Source: an uncultured candidatus Porisulfidus sp. (GTDB taxonomy: Bacteria > Pseudomonadota > Gammaproteobacteria > Poriferisulfidales > Poriferisulfidaceae). From it: a stretch of 64,000 nucleotides of DNA. A program made the position numbers and the translations under genes. How positions within the stretch are numbered: position 1 is the first letter of the stretch; each line of letters starts with the position of its first letter. The notes under the pieces were generated by a model. The model saw nothing but the letters and a program-made list of their open reading frames with translations. It did not search any database and was not told where the DNA came from. Where the stretch lies: NCBI GenBank assembly GCA_965204575.1, contig OZ241993.1:352001-416000 (forward strand), written 5' to 3'. Positions 30,895 to 41,041 of this stretch are shown one piece after another.

Positions 30895-31941
30895 ATGCCT
30901 ACAGCTGAAACCACCCGGGTGCTTGGCATCGAGACCTCCTGCGATGAAACCGGAATCGCGGTTTGGGACAGTGCGCGTGGACTTCTCTCCCATAAGCTCT
31001 ACAGCCAGGTCAAGACTCACCGGCAGTACGGCGGGGTCGTGCCGGAACTGGCCTCGCGCGATCATGTGCGTCGCCTGCCCCAGTTGACCTTGGATGCCCT
31101 GGAGGAAGCCAGGTGCCTGCCTACGGATCTGGATGCCATCGCCTATACGGCCGGGCCCGGACTGATCGGTGCCCTGATGTCCGGCGCCTCGTTCGCCTGC
31201 GCCATGGCCTACGCGCTGGACCGGCCGGCACTCGCCATTCACCACATGGAAGCCCACCTGCTGGCCCCCCTGATGGACAATCCGGATTTTTCGCCCCCTT
31301 TCGCGGCGTTGCTGGTGTCAGGCGGCCATAGCCTGCTGATGCAGGTCGATCAGATCGGCCAATACACGTGCCTAGGCCAGAGCATCGATGATGCCGTTGG
31401 CGAGGCCTTCGACAAAACCGCACGCATTCTGGATCTGCCCTATCCGGGCGGCCCTGCCTTGGCAAAACTCGCGGAGCGCGGAGATCCCGAACGCTTTCAT
31501 TTTCCACGCCCGATGCTGGATCGCGAAGGTTGCGACATGAGTTTCAGCGGGCTCAAGACCCATGCCCGCCGTTTGGCCGAAGCCAATCCGGAAGATGCCC
31601 AAGCGGCCGCAGACATCGCGGCCGGCTTTCAGGAGGCGGTGGTTGACGTCCTAGTCGCCAAGTCTCAGCGTGCGCTGGAGCAGAGCGAGTTGAACCACCT
31701 TGTCGTGGCAGGTGGGGTCGGTGCAAACCGGAGACTGCGAAGCCGGCTGGCGCAAGCCCTCGAGGAGAACGGCCAACAGGTCCTTTGGCCTCCCCCCGAA
31801 TACTGCACGGACAACGGGGCCATGATCGCCTTTGCCGGCTCTCTGCGCCTGCAAGACTCCGACGCACTCAGTGGCCTGGAAATCCGGAGCCGAGCCCGAT
31901 GGCCCCTGGAAGAGCTTGCTTCCCCGTCCCCTCTCACCTGA
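30895..31941 (+). CDS. tsaD: tRNA t6A threonylcarbamoyltransferase
   Basis: LGIETSCDETG, GGVVPELASRDH, HHMEAH, DDAVGEAFDK, CTDNGAMIA. Confidence 0.97.
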   Translation: MPTAETTRVLGIETSCDETGIAVWDSARGLLSHKLYSQVKTHRQYGGVVPELASRDHVRRLPQLTLDALEEARCLPTDLDAIAYTAGPGLIGALMSGASFACAMAYALDRPALAIHHMEAHLLAPLMDNPDFSPPFAALLVSGGHSLLMQVDQIGQYTCLGQSIDDAVGEAFDKTARILDLPYPGGPALAKLAERGDPERFHFPRPMLDREGCDMSFSGLKTHARRLAEANPEDAQAAADIAAGFQEAVVDVLVAKSQRALEQSELNHLVVAGGVGANRRLRSRLAQALEENGQQVLWPPPEYCTDNGAMIAFAGSLRLQDSDALSGLEIRSRARWPLEELASPSPLT

Positions 31942-31960
31942 GGCGGCGCTCCACACAGCG

Positions 31961-32320
31961 TCAGGCTAGTTGGCTCTTCGACCGGTAGTGGAAAAATCCG
32001 TAGATCGCCCAAGCCGGAAAGCTGAAAACAATCGCGTAGATCGCGATGCCCAAGGGACCGAACAGCCCGCCAATCAAAACCGACCCAACCGTCGCCGGCG
32101 CCAACACGATGAATGCAGCCCATGCCGATACGACATGTCCCCCGCGCCGCAATGCCCGGCAGGCCGATGCCAGCGGAAGACCGAATGGTGCCAGAAAGAT
32201 CAATGCCAGCCACGCCTGCGGCTCGACAAACAGGGGAATCCCCCTAGCCGCGGTCACCAGAAGGATCCCGAACGGCAGCCACAGCAAGGCAAGCAGGACA
32301 AAAATGGAGAAGCGTTTCAT
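31961..32320 (-). CDS. Hypothetical membrane protein
   Basis: About four hydrophobic segments; fills the gap between recognised genes. Confidence 0.6.
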   Translation of the reverse strand: MKRFSIFVLLALLWLPFGILLVTAARGIPLFVEPQAWLALIFLAPFGLPLASACRALRRGGHVVSAWAAFIVLAPATVGSVLIGGLFGPLGIAIYAIVFSFPAWAIYGFFHYRSKSQLA

Positions 32321-32340
32321 CCGCGATTTTCAGTCGGGAA

Positions 32341-32901
32341 TCAACTCCCGGTTCTGCGCCACTTGATCGAACAGCCCATGCTGGAAACCTGCTCGCTTGG
32401 TCCTTCACCGGTCTTTGCGACTTGGACCATCGCTTCGAACAAATCCCGCCGCGCGTCCGGGACCGGGTGCATGCCGCTTTCGTCCAGGCGTCCTCGGTAT
32501 TGCAATTTCAACTCGGCGTTGTAGCCGAAGAAATCGGGCGTACACACCGCACCGTACGCCTGTGCCACCTGCTGCGATTCATCCAGCAAATAAGGAAAGG
32601 GGAAATCGTATTCGCGTGCAACCGCAACCATGTTGTCGAACGAGTCTTCTTGGTAATCGGTCGGATCGTTCGACATGATGGCCACCGACTGGATTCCATG
32701 AGAACGCAATTCGCCCGCATCCCACACGATTCGCTCCCGCACCGCCTTCACGTACGGGCAGTGATTGCAGATGAACATCACCAAGGTCCCGGCTTCGCCA
32801 CGGCATTCATTCAGCGACCATTCGCGACCATCAACCCCGGGCAGGGTGAAATCGACTGCCGGCTGGCCAAAATCGCAAACCGGAGTGTGTTTAAGACTCA
32901 C
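32341..32901 (-). CDS. Thioredoxin-family (AhpC/TSA-like) protein
   Basis: FICNHCPYV, YGAVCTPDFF, YRGRLD, SMGCSIKW. Confidence 0.9.
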   Translation of the reverse strand: MSLKHTPVCDFGQPAVDFTLPGVDGREWSLNECRGEAGTLVMFICNHCPYVKAVRERIVWDAGELRSHGIQSVAIMSNDPTDYQEDSFDNMVAVAREYDFPFPYLLDESQQVAQAYGAVCTPDFFGYNAELKLQYRGRLDESGMHPVPDARRDLFEAMVQVAKTGEGPSEQVSSMGCSIKWRRTGS

Positions 32902-33668
32902 GACCGGACTCCTTTGAGCGCCTGTGACGCCGCCTGCGACAGAAACAGGGTGTCCACTCCGATTCCCACCAAGGTGAATCCCATATTAATGTATTGGGAC
33001 ACCACGTCCGGCGCAATCCCGAAAATGCCCGGAATCTTGCCTACCTCCTGACAGACCTCCAGGACTTCGGCAATCGCTTCCTGCACCGCCGGGTCGTGCA
33101 CTTGGCCCGGGATGCCCATGCTTGTAGACAGGTCGTAGGGCCCGATGAACAGCACGTCCACCCCTTCCACGGCAGCCAGATCCCGGACGTTTTTCACTGC
33201 GTCCTTATGTTCGATCTGGATCACCGTCAGTAGCGAATCGTTTGCCTGAGCCAGATAAGTCTCGAATTCCGCCCCGTAACGATGGGCGCGAGCGATGCCG
33301 ACTCCTCGCTCGCCCCGAGGCGGGTACTTGGCGTAATTGACGACCTGCTCCGCCTGCGCAACCGTGTTGACCTGGGGCGCAATGATTCCGCTTGCCCCGA
33401 CATCCAGCATCTTCTCGATCCAAGTCTCCTCGTGCACCGGGATCCGGACCAGGCAGGGCGTCCGGTCTCCCGTCGCCTGAATGAGGGATTCGACGGCAAG
33501 CGGGTCGTGCGTGCCATGCTCGGCATCAATGAACAGCCAATCGAATCCGGTGTCGCTCAAGATCTCCGCGGCCTGAGGACTGTTGAGGCTGACGATCGTG
33601 CCAACCAGCACCTCGCCGGCACAGGCCCGTCGGCGAAAACCGTTCTCGCAAACCAGCGGGCCGCTCAC
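32898..33668 (-). CDS. HpcH/HpaI aldolase family protein
   Basis: [31 protein letters not shown]; GTG start overlapping the rpiA stop inferred. Confidence 0.88.
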   Translation of the reverse strand: MSGPLVCENGFRRRACAGEVLVGTIVSLNSPQAAEILSDTGFDWLFIDAEHGTHDPLAVESLIQATGDRTPCLVRIPVHEETWIEKMLDVGASGIIAPQVNTVAQAEQVVNYAKYPPRGERGVGIARAHRYGAEFETYLAQANDSLLTVIQIEHKDAVKNVRDLAAVEGVDVLFIGPYDLSTSMGIPGQVHDPAVQEAIAEVLEVCQEVGKIPGIFGIAPDVVSQYINMGFTLVGIGVDTLFLSQAASQALKGVRS

Positions 33669-34318
33669 GACAGCGACTCCACGCCTTGGTCGGTCCCGAT
33701 CAGCAACACATCCGCGCCGCGTCGAGCAAATAGTCCGACCGTGACCACTCCGGGAATATCGTTCAAGGTGCCTTCCATTTTCGGGGGATCCAGAATTTCG
33801 AGGTTGTGGACATCCAAGATGCAGTTGCCGTGGTCGGTCACGAAACCTTCGCGCCACTCCGGCATGCCGCCCTGCTGGACCAGTTCGCGCGCCACCATGG
33901 AACGTGCCATCGGAATGACTTCGACCGGCAATGGAAAAGCACCTAAACGATCCACCTGCTTGCCATCGTCAATGATGCACACGAAGGTTTCGCTGCATCC
34001 GGCGATGATTTTTTCGCCCGTCAACGCACCGCCACCGCCCTTGATAAGGCTGCGGTGTCGCGTTGCTTCATCAGCTCCGTCCACGTACAGGCGCAAGGGT
34101 CCGGCCGCGTTCAAATCCACCACCGGGATGCCGATCTGGCGCAGTCGCTCAGTGCTCGCCTGCGACGACGATACGGCGGCATCGATCTTACTTTTTACGG
34201 AAGCCAGCGCGTCGATGAAGAAATTGACCGTCGAACCCGTCCCGACTCCCAGCACCTCGCCCGGTTGAATGTAATCCAACGCGGCTTCCGCCGCCCTTCT
34301 CTTCTTTTCGTCGCTCAT
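33665..34318 (-). CDS. rpiA: Ribose-5-phosphate isomerase A
   Basis: [31 protein letters not shown]. Confidence 0.97.
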   Translation of the reverse strand: MSDEKKRRAAEAALDYIQPGEVLGVGTGSTVNFFIDALASVKSKIDAAVSSSQASTERLRQIGIPVVDLNAAGPLRLYVDGADEATRHRSLIKGGGGALTGEKIIAGCSETFVCIIDDGKQVDRLGAFPLPVEVIPMARSMVARELVQQGGMPEWREGFVTDHGNCILDVHNLEILDPPKMEGTLNDIPGVVTVGLFARRGADVLLIGTDQGVESLS

Positions 34319-34365
34319 CCCGCGAGTCCCTATAATTGGGCTTCAAAGTTTAACATTGGCAACGC

Positions 34366-34602
34366 ATGCCTTATTTCGTTTTTCAGGTCGAAGGCGCCAA
34401 CCCGGAAAGCCGGGTAATCAATTTTTTGCAGGTCTTCGAGAACTACCGGGAGGCGCGCATGCGTGCCCGGGAAGAGCGGGCGAAACAACCGGATGCGGGG
34501 CCGGAAGCCGTCCGCGTGGTCTTCGCGGAATCCCGGGGACTGGCCGAGGGCCTGCTACGGCAACGGCGCGAAGCCCCGATCCTGAAGGAATGGGAAAAGT
34601 GA
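34366..34602 (+). CDS. Small hypothetical protein
   Basis: Clean ORF divergent from rpiA with TATAAT upstream. Confidence 0.65.
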   Translation: MPYFVFQVEGANPESRVINFLQVFENYREARMRAREERAKQPDAGPEAVRVVFAESRGLAEGLLRQRREAPILKEWEK

Positions 34603-34709
34603 AGGCAAAAACACCTTGATTGGTGGGTGAGCCGATCAGCAGATTGACAAAAAGTTAGTATTGATTTATGCTTACTAATACTACCTTTATATACCTTTTT
34701 GGCTGCTCC

Positions 34710-35141
34710 ATGTCTAAATATCAATTGTTGGCGACCCACCTGCATCAATCGGGACAGGATTCCATTGCCATGACTTTCGCCAAGATCGAACGTATTGTCG
34801 GGACCAAACTCCCGCCTTCGGCTTTTAAATATCGTGCGTGGTGGTCGAACAATCCAATGAACAGCGTCATCACTCGTGCCTGGCTTGATGCCGGATACAA
34901 GACCGAGAATGTCGACATGTCCAAACGTAAATTGATTTTCAAAAAGTCTTCGCAGGATACGTCGATGGAAGAATTTCCCGACAAACAACCCTCTTCCCGT
35001 AAAAGCCGTGCGGCTGAAGACTCCAATGCGCGTTCTTTCTCGTTCTCGCGCATTTTTGGTGCGCTCAAGGGTACCGTGACGGTCAGGCCCGGTGTGGACT
35101 TGACACTGTCGACTGGCGAAACGTGGGACGCCGAGAAGTAA
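34710..35141 (+). CDS. Putative antitoxin: DUF7662-like N-domain plus VapB-like tail
   Basis: MSKY..L..HL...MTF..IE..VG..LP.SA....AWWSN...AW..AG, then IFGALKG...DLT...W; sits directly upstream of a PIN gene. Confidence 0.65.
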   Translation: MSKYQLLATHLHQSGQDSIAMTFAKIERIVGTKLPPSAFKYRAWWSNNPMNSVITRAWLDAGYKTENVDMSKRKLIFKKSSQDTSMEEFPDKQPSSRKSRAAEDSNARSFSFSRIFGALKGTVTVRPGVDLTLSTGETWDAEK

Positions 35142-35147
35142 TCGGCA

Positions 35148-35555
35148 ATGGCCGCCCTTCTCCTTGATACCTGTGCCGCCATCTGGATCGCACAAGGGGA
35201 ACGCCTACGGGAACCTGCCGCCAGCGAGCTGAAAAAGAGGCGGAGAGAGCCGCTGTTCGTGTCGCCCATTACCGCTTGGGAAGTCGCCACGCTCGCCTCG
35301 AAAGGCAAGATCGCCATAGCGATTGATCCAGAATCTTGGTTTGAAAGTTTCTGTAGCCTACCCGGAGTCGCTCTAGCGAAGATGCCGCCATCGGTGTTGG
35401 TCGCTTCCGCCAATCTCCCAGGCACCCCGCCCGCTGACCCGGCGGACCGCATCCTGATCGCAACCGCTCGGGCTTCCGGATACGCCTTGGTGACCCGTGA
35501 CAAACTTATTCTGAAATACGGGGAGCGCGGCCATATCCAGGTTATGGGATGTTAA
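35148..35555 (+). CDS. vapC: VapC PIN-domain toxin
   Basis: LLLDTCAAIW, SPITAWEV, DPADRILIATA, LVTRD. Confidence 0.9.
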   Translation: MAALLLDTCAAIWIAQGERLREPAASELKKRRREPLFVSPITAWEVATLASKGKIAIAIDPESWFESFCSLPGVALAKMPPSVLVASANLPGTPPADPADRILIATARASGYALVTRDKLILKYGERGHIQVMGC

Positions 35556-35644
35556 ACGAAGACCGACACCCCGGTTAATTGAAGAAGCCCAAAAGGATTG
35601 AAACCCTCTCTCGCTTGACAAAGCAATCTGCCTGACAAAAGTGC

Positions 35645-36208
35645 ATGGATGAAGTCCAGTACCGGAATACCTACCACTCGGTCAACGAGCGACGGTGTCA
35701 CTTCGAAAAGACCATCAACGCCCGGGCCTGCACCTGTCGCCACATGCGGCGGTTCAATCTGGCAGACCGGGAAGGCATCGGCTGCACCCACCCCGAAGCG
35801 CACCAGAACTGCGCCGACTGGCTCCGTGCCTTGCGCCGGGCATCTTGTTTTGCGTTGTCACGACCCAATCCGGCCGACATCCTGCCCCACCGCCTGGAAG
35901 CAAAAGTCCAGGCGGGCGGCCTGCTGGGCCTTTCCGAACTGATCGACGGTGCCGCCCGTGTTGAAGACATCGCAGGTTTGCTGGACCGTTCGCTTGAGCG
36001 CTACGGCAACGTGTCCGACATTCCCATGCAGGACATCGTGACGGCAGTCACGGAATATGAACCGCGCCAGCGCAAAACTCTCAGCCCCAAGTCCGCGCTC
36101 CTGAAAGCACAGAAGGTGGTTCGGAAGAAGACTTCCGGAGTCGCATCGCTGGCCGATGAGCTGATTGCCGAAAGACGTGCCGAAGCGCAACGCGAGGCCG
36201 ATGAATGA
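35645..36208 (+). CDS. Cys-rich conserved hypothetical protein ending in an antitoxin-like tail
   Basis: RCHFEK...C.C...REGIGC...C core; C-terminal SLADELIAERRAEA resembles AbrB/VapB antitoxin ends. Confidence 0.6.
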   Translation: MDEVQYRNTYHSVNERRCHFEKTINARACTCRHMRRFNLADREGIGCTHPEAHQNCADWLRALRRASCFALSRPNPADILPHRLEAKVQAGGLLGLSELIDGAARVEDIAGLLDRSLERYGNVSDIPMQDIVTAVTEYEPRQRKTLSPKSALLKAQKVVRKKTSGVASLADELIAERRAEAQREADE

Positions 36209-36584
36209 GCGTGGTCATTGACGCCTCGGCAGCACTCGCGGTACTCAATTGCGAACTTGGCGCAGAAAGGACCGAGGATATTCCGGTGGGCGGTCTGATC
36301 AGTGCCACCAACTTCTCGGAGGTGCTTTCGAAGCTGGTGGACGTAGGTCTGACGACGACGCGGCCGTCGGCGCATTTGATGCACTCATGCTGACTGTTGT
36401 TCCCGTCGATGCCGCGCAAGCGCAATATGCAGGACTTCTACGCCGTCAAACTCGCGAGCACGGCTTGTCTCTGGGTGATCGCGCTTGCCTCGCCTTGGCG
36501 GCCACACGAAAGTTTCCGGCGGTCACGGCAGATCGCGTCTGGGCGAAGTTGAACCTCGGCATTGAGATCAAGGTTATCCGATGA
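36205..36584 (+). pseudogene. Frameshifted VapC PIN toxin
   Basis: VIDASA...SATNFSEV in one frame and GLSLGDRACLALA...TADRVW in another; shift near 36350. Confidence 0.8.
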
Positions 36585-36654
36585 GTCCGTCAGCCGGCAA
36601 CCACCGAATACAATTTTCTTCTTCTCCGTTCCATCATTTGCACGGTATCCAGCC

Positions 36655-37278
36655 ATGTCTCCGATCCCGGAAGAACTGAGACTCGACCGTCAGGCGCGTG
36701 AACTCCATGTCCGCTTCGACGATGGCGCCGCATTCGTGCTCCCCTGCGAGTACCTGCGCGTCTTTTCCCCCTCCGCCGATGTGAAAACGGCGAGAGCCCG
36801 CGGCGACTTGGTTACGGACAAACAGAGCGTCAACATCGAGCGCATCGAGCCTTGCGGGACGTACGCCGTCCGTCTCTACTTCAGCGACGGCCACAATACC
36901 GGAATCTATTCCTGGGAGTCCCTGTACCAACTGGGCCAAGACCGTCAGAAGAACTGGCAACAATACCTGGTTGATCTCGAACAACGGAGACGATCCCCTG
37001 CGGGAGGCGAGGAACGCGTCGTCACTCTCCTGCTGTTCGGCGCCTTGGCCAAAGAATTGGAGATGGAGCGTGTGGACGTGGCCCTGCCCAGCGAAACGAC
37101 CACTGTCGCTGAATTTTTATATTGGCTGCGCCAGCGCGGGGACGACTGGCACGAAGCCATCGACCCCAGGCGGCTGACTGTCACGGTCAACCGGCAATCC
37201 GCCGAACCGACCACCCGCCTGCATAACGGAGACGAGGTCTCGTTGACCCCGACCTACCAAAAAACGTCAAACGATTGA
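36655..37278 (+). CDS. DUF971 (GBBH-like N) domain fused to a MoaD/ThiS-like domain
   Basis: EYLRVFSPSA...YAVRLYFSDGHNTGIYSW, then LLFGAL...TVNRQ...LHNGDEV; no C-terminal GG. Confidence 0.8.
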   Translation: MSPIPEELRLDRQARELHVRFDDGAAFVLPCEYLRVFSPSADVKTARARGDLVTDKQSVNIERIEPCGTYAVRLYFSDGHNTGIYSWESLYQLGQDRQKNWQQYLVDLEQRRRSPAGGEERVVTLLLFGALAKELEMERVDVALPSETTTVAEFLYWLRQRGDDWHEAIDPRRLTVTVNRQSAEPTTRLHNGDEVSLTPTYQKTSND

Positions 37279-37280
37279 CC

Positions 37281-38603
37281 CTAGCCGGCCATGGAACCCA
37301 GTTCGGTCAACAGGATTCCGGTCAACGCGCAGGTCACCATCACCGGGACCACCGGGACCCGCCCGGCGGAGAGAGCCAGCAGCGCCAACCCGGTCATCAG
37401 CACCATGTTGAAGTCGGGCGGAGCTTCCCAGCCATGCGTCCAAATGACATGCCCCGCGAACATCACCGCCAGATTCAGCATGACGCCGACGACGGCTGCG
37501 GTGATGGCGGTCAGCGGAGCGGTGAATGCGGGACGGTGGCGCGTCTGTTCGATATAAGGCGCACCGATGAAAATGAACAGGAACGAAGGCAGGAACGTAT
37601 ACCAGGCCGCGATCGCGGCAGCCAGGATCCCAGCTCCCACCATTTGATCCGGGCCCAGCAACTGCCCTTCCCATCCCCCGACGAAGCCGACGAAAGAGGT
37701 GATCATCACCAGCGGCCCGGGAATCAGTTCCCGCAACGCAAGCCCGTCGATCATCTGAGCGGCCGTAATCCATTGGAAATGTTCCACCGCGCTCTGGTAC
37801 ACGTAGGGAAGAACCGCGTAGGCACCGCCGAAAGACAGGACAGCGGCCTTGCTGAAAAACACCGACATGTCCGTCAGTGTGCCGCTGTCGTCGATCAAAT
37901 GGGCAATCACATACACTCCGACCCACAGACCGGCTCCGGCCACACACAGCCACAGGACTCCGTGCCGAGTGATTGAAAGCGCGGATGCGAAATTGTCTTC
38001 GTCCGCCGTTGCGGTTTGAGGATCGGACGGCGCAACCCAGGCGGGCTTGACCCAATGCACCAACCAGCCCAGAACCCCTGCGGAAATGATGATTAATGGA
38101 AAAGGAAGGTGGAACACGTACAGTCCGGAAAATGCCGCGAGCATCACTGCCCAAAGCAAGGCATTGCGCATGACACGCCGCCCGATCCGCCAAATCGCGT
38201 ACAAAATCACTGCCGTCACTGCCGGCTTGACCCCATACAGCGAGGCAGCTACCCACTCGATGTCTCCGAACGCCAAATACAGCCAGGCCAGCACCACGAT
38301 CATGAGCAGCGAAGGGGCCACGAACAGGATGCCGGCGATCAGCCCGCCCAGCCTTCCATGCAGCAGCCAACCGATGTAGGTGGCCAGCTGTTGCGCCTCC
38401 GGGCCCGGCAGCACCATGGTGTAGTTGAGGGCGTGGAGGAACCGGTGTTCGGAAATCCAGCGCAGGCGCTCCACCAGTTCCAGGTGCATGATCCCGATCG
38501 CACCGCCCGGACCGCCAAAGCTGACCAATCCCAAACGCAGCCAGTAACGCATGGCCTGCCACAGGCTGAGCGACGCCGATGCGGTCTTGTGCGACTCGGT
38601 CAT
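37281..38603 (-). CDS. chrA: Chromate efflux transporter (CHR family)
   Basis: SFGGPGG, LPGPEAQQLATYIGW, SFGGAYAVLPY, PGP in the second repeat. Confidence 0.9.
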   Translation of the reverse strand: MTESHKTASASLSLWQAMRYWLRLGLVSFGGPGGAIGIMHLELVERLRWISEHRFLHALNYTMVLPGPEAQQLATYIGWLLHGRLGGLIAGILFVAPSLLMIVVLAWLYLAFGDIEWVAASLYGVKPAVTAVILYAIWRIGRRVMRNALLWAVMLAAFSGLYVFHLPFPLIIISAGVLGWLVHWVKPAWVAPSDPQTATADEDNFASALSITRHGVLWLCVAGAGLWVGVYVIAHLIDDSGTLTDMSVFFSKAAVLSFGGAYAVLPYVYQSAVEHFQWITAAQMIDGLALRELIPGPLVMITSFVGFVGGWEGQLLGPDQMVGAGILAAAIAAWYTFLPSFLFIFIGAPYIEQTRHRPAFTAPLTAITAAVVGVMLNLAVMFAGHVIWTHGWEAPPDFNMVLMTGLALLALSAGRVPVVPVMVTCALTGILLTELGSMAG

Positions 38604-38650
38604 TTGGTGCACACTAGGTTTCCGACCCCTAAACAATATAGGAGGTTTTT

Positions 38651-38968
38651 ATGTCGGATGATATTGTGTCCCGTTCCGGTGCCGTCGTCGGCCAATGGGA
38701 TGGAAAAGACGTCAAGGACCTGCAGGAAGAACTCGCGCGCATCAAGCGCGAAGTTTCGGGTGACAAGGTGGAGCCTACCGGAGTTCCGCACCAGGACCAG
38801 TTCCCGGACGACCTGAAGAATTTTACGGCCTATATCCTGTGGGGCTGCGACCTGAATGGTGTCTGCCTGGTCGGCTCCGGCGCCAACCGCCCCGAATCGG
38901 TGGAGTCCATTCGAGAGTTCTATGGCAACCAGATCGCCAAGGATGCGATGGCCCGGCACGATGAGTGA
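38651..38968 (+). CDS. Conserved hypothetical protein
   Basis: Strong AGGAGG Shine-Dalgarno; coherent 105-aa ORF. Confidence 0.7.
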   Translation: MSDDIVSRSGAVVGQWDGKDVKDLQEELARIKREVSGDKVEPTGVPHQDQFPDDLKNFTAYILWGCDLNGVCLVGSGANRPESVESIREFYGNQIAKDAMARHDE

Positions 38969-39163
38969 AATTCCGAATCGAATCTAGTTAGGTAAAGCGC
39001 CTGAAATCCTCCGACGAGAGACAACTGCAGGTTGCGTCCTGCTTCTCAGTCGGAGGTTCCGGCGCCAATCTGTAGCGAACTTTCAATGGTCACGAGCCGA
39101 CGGTAACCCCGTCCCGGTTCATTGTACCGGCAGGCTTGGCCGAGGGGCTGTACACTGAGCCCC

Positions 39164-40267
39164 ATGCAGATTTATCTGGTGGGCGGCGCGGTGCGCGATC
39201 AGTTGCTGGGGATTTCAGTCTCGGAACACGACTGGGTCGTGGTCGGTGCCCACCCGGAACAGCTTCTCGAACTCGGCTACCGCCCGATCGGGCGGGATTT
39301 CCCGGTCTTCCTGCATCCAGAGACTCAGGAAGAATATGCACTGGCGCGCACGGAGCGCAAGACCGGTCGCGGCTATCACGGGTTTTCATTTCATGCCAGC
39401 CCGGAAGTCTCGCTGGAGGAAGACCTGCGCCGTCGGGATTTGACCATCAATGCGATGGCCCAGAATGAGGCCGGGGAGTTGATCGACCCGTACGGCGGGC
39501 AACGCGACCTGGAAGCCAAGGTTCTGCGCCATGTCTCCCCCGCCTTCGACGAGGACCCGGTGCGCGTGCTGCGGGTTGCGCGCTTTGCGGCCCGTTTCCA
39601 TGGACTCGGGTTCCAGATCGCCGATGAAACCCTTGAGCGGATGCGCGCCATCGCGGAGACCGGGGAAGTGGATACCCTGACTCCAGAGCGGGTATTCTTG
39701 GAGCTTCAGCGCGCCTTGATGGAGCCTGCCCCCGAGGTGTTTGTTGCCGCTCTCGCCGCCTGCGGCGCCTGGCCTGCAATTTTCCCGCAGCTGCCCGACA
39801 CGACGGCCATCGGACAGACTTTGCGCGAGTCGGCTGCGGCAAAGTCTCCATTGCCCGTGCGCTTTGCCTGTCTCTCCTGGCACAGCCGGGATGTCGATGC
39901 CTGGTGTCAAGCCATTCGCGCACCACGCAGGCTCGCCCAAGCCGCCCGGCTGCTGCACCGGCATTTCTCCACCTGGTCCGATCTGGATTCCAACGATCCT
40001 TCGGCCGTGCTGGCCCTGCTTGAATCCCTTGATGCCGTGAGACGACCGCAACAACTCGAAGATTTCAGTGCCGCCGCTGCCGTTCTCGGCACGGTGCTTG
40101 AACTGGATTGTGAGCAAACAAACCGGCGCGTGCATGCCGCCTGCATTGCTCTTCAAGGTTGCGATGAGAAGTCTGCCGCCCAGCAAACCGACCAAAGGAC
40201 GGTTCGCGAGCGAGTTCACGAGGCACGGCTCGAAACCGTGCGTGCTACTTTAATGGAAAGCCAGTAG
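39164..40267 (+). CDS. cca: CCA-adding tRNA nucleotidyltransferase (short form)
   Basis: [44 protein letters not shown]. Confidence 0.93.
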   Translation: MQIYLVGGAVRDQLLGISVSEHDWVVVGAHPEQLLELGYRPIGRDFPVFLHPETQEEYALARTERKTGRGYHGFSFHASPEVSLEEDLRRRDLTINAMAQNEAGELIDPYGGQRDLEAKVLRHVSPAFDEDPVRVLRVARFAARFHGLGFQIADETLERMRAIAETGEVDTLTPERVFLELQRALMEPAPEVFVAALAACGAWPAIFPQLPDTTAIGQTLRESAAAKSPLPVRFACLSWHSRDVDAWCQAIRAPRRLAQAARLLHRHFSTWSDLDSNDPSAVLALLESLDAVRRPQQLEDFSAAAAVLGTVLELDCEQTNRRVHAACIALQGCDEKSAAQQTDQRTVRERVHEARLETVRATLMESQ

Positions 40268-41041
40268 AAGCCCGCCGAGCACCACCCGGTACAACGCGAA
40301 CGGCATCATCCCGATTCGCTTGATCAGGCGCAGAAAGAAGTGGATGCACAGCCAGGCGGAAATCCCCGCGATCAAGGCGCCCAGGATTAATGCCCCCCAA
40401 TCCACTGCTTGAGTCACGTGCAAAGATTTTTGCAGGGACAAGGCTCCGGCGGCGGCAATCGTCGGAATCGCCAAGAGGAAAGCCACCCGTGCGGCAGCGG
40501 TTCGCTGCAGGCCCAGCACCAACGCCGCCGTCATCACGATGCCGGCCCGCGACACTCCCGGCACCAGCGCCAGACACTGCGCGGACCCGATCCATACGGC
40601 ATCGCTCCAGCGCAATTGCTCCTCGGTTCGTGCCCGGGAGCCTTGAGCGTCTGCAACCCACAGCAAGATACCGAACCCTAGCGTCGTCCAGGCGATAAGC
40701 TGCACTTCGCGCAAATCGGCCGACACCACGCTAAACATTGCCGCGCCGACGATCACGACCGGAATCGTCGCAACAACCAGCCAGGCGGCCAGGTAACGTG
40801 CGGATTCCGATTCCGGAGCTTCTCCGGCCACCACGGCACGCAGCATTGCCCCGAGTTCTCGGCGGAAATAGCTCAACATCGCGAGCAGAGTGCCCACATG
40901 CACGGCAACATCGAACGCATGGCCCTGGTCTTCCCAGCCGAGCAGCACTGGAGCCAGGATCAGGTGGGCGGAACTGGAAATCGGCAGGAACTCTGTCGCT
41001 CCCTGCAGCAATGCCAGAACCAGAACTTCAAGCCAGTTCAT
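40250..41041 (-). CDS. uppP: Undecaprenyl-diphosphate phosphatase
   Basis: [21 protein letters not shown]. Confidence 0.95.
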   Translation of the reverse strand: MNWLEVLVLALLQGATEFLPISSSAHLILAPVLLGWEDQGHAFDVAVHVGTLLAMLSYFRRELGAMLRAVVAGEAPESESARYLAAWLVVATIPVVIVGAAMFSVVSADLREVQLIAWTTLGFGILLWVADAQGSRARTEEQLRWSDAVWIGSAQCLALVPGVSRAGIVMTAALVLGLQRTAAARVAFLLAIPTIAAAGALSLQKSLHVTQAVDWGALILGALIAGISAWLCIHFFLRLIKRIGMMPFALYRVVLGGLLLAFH

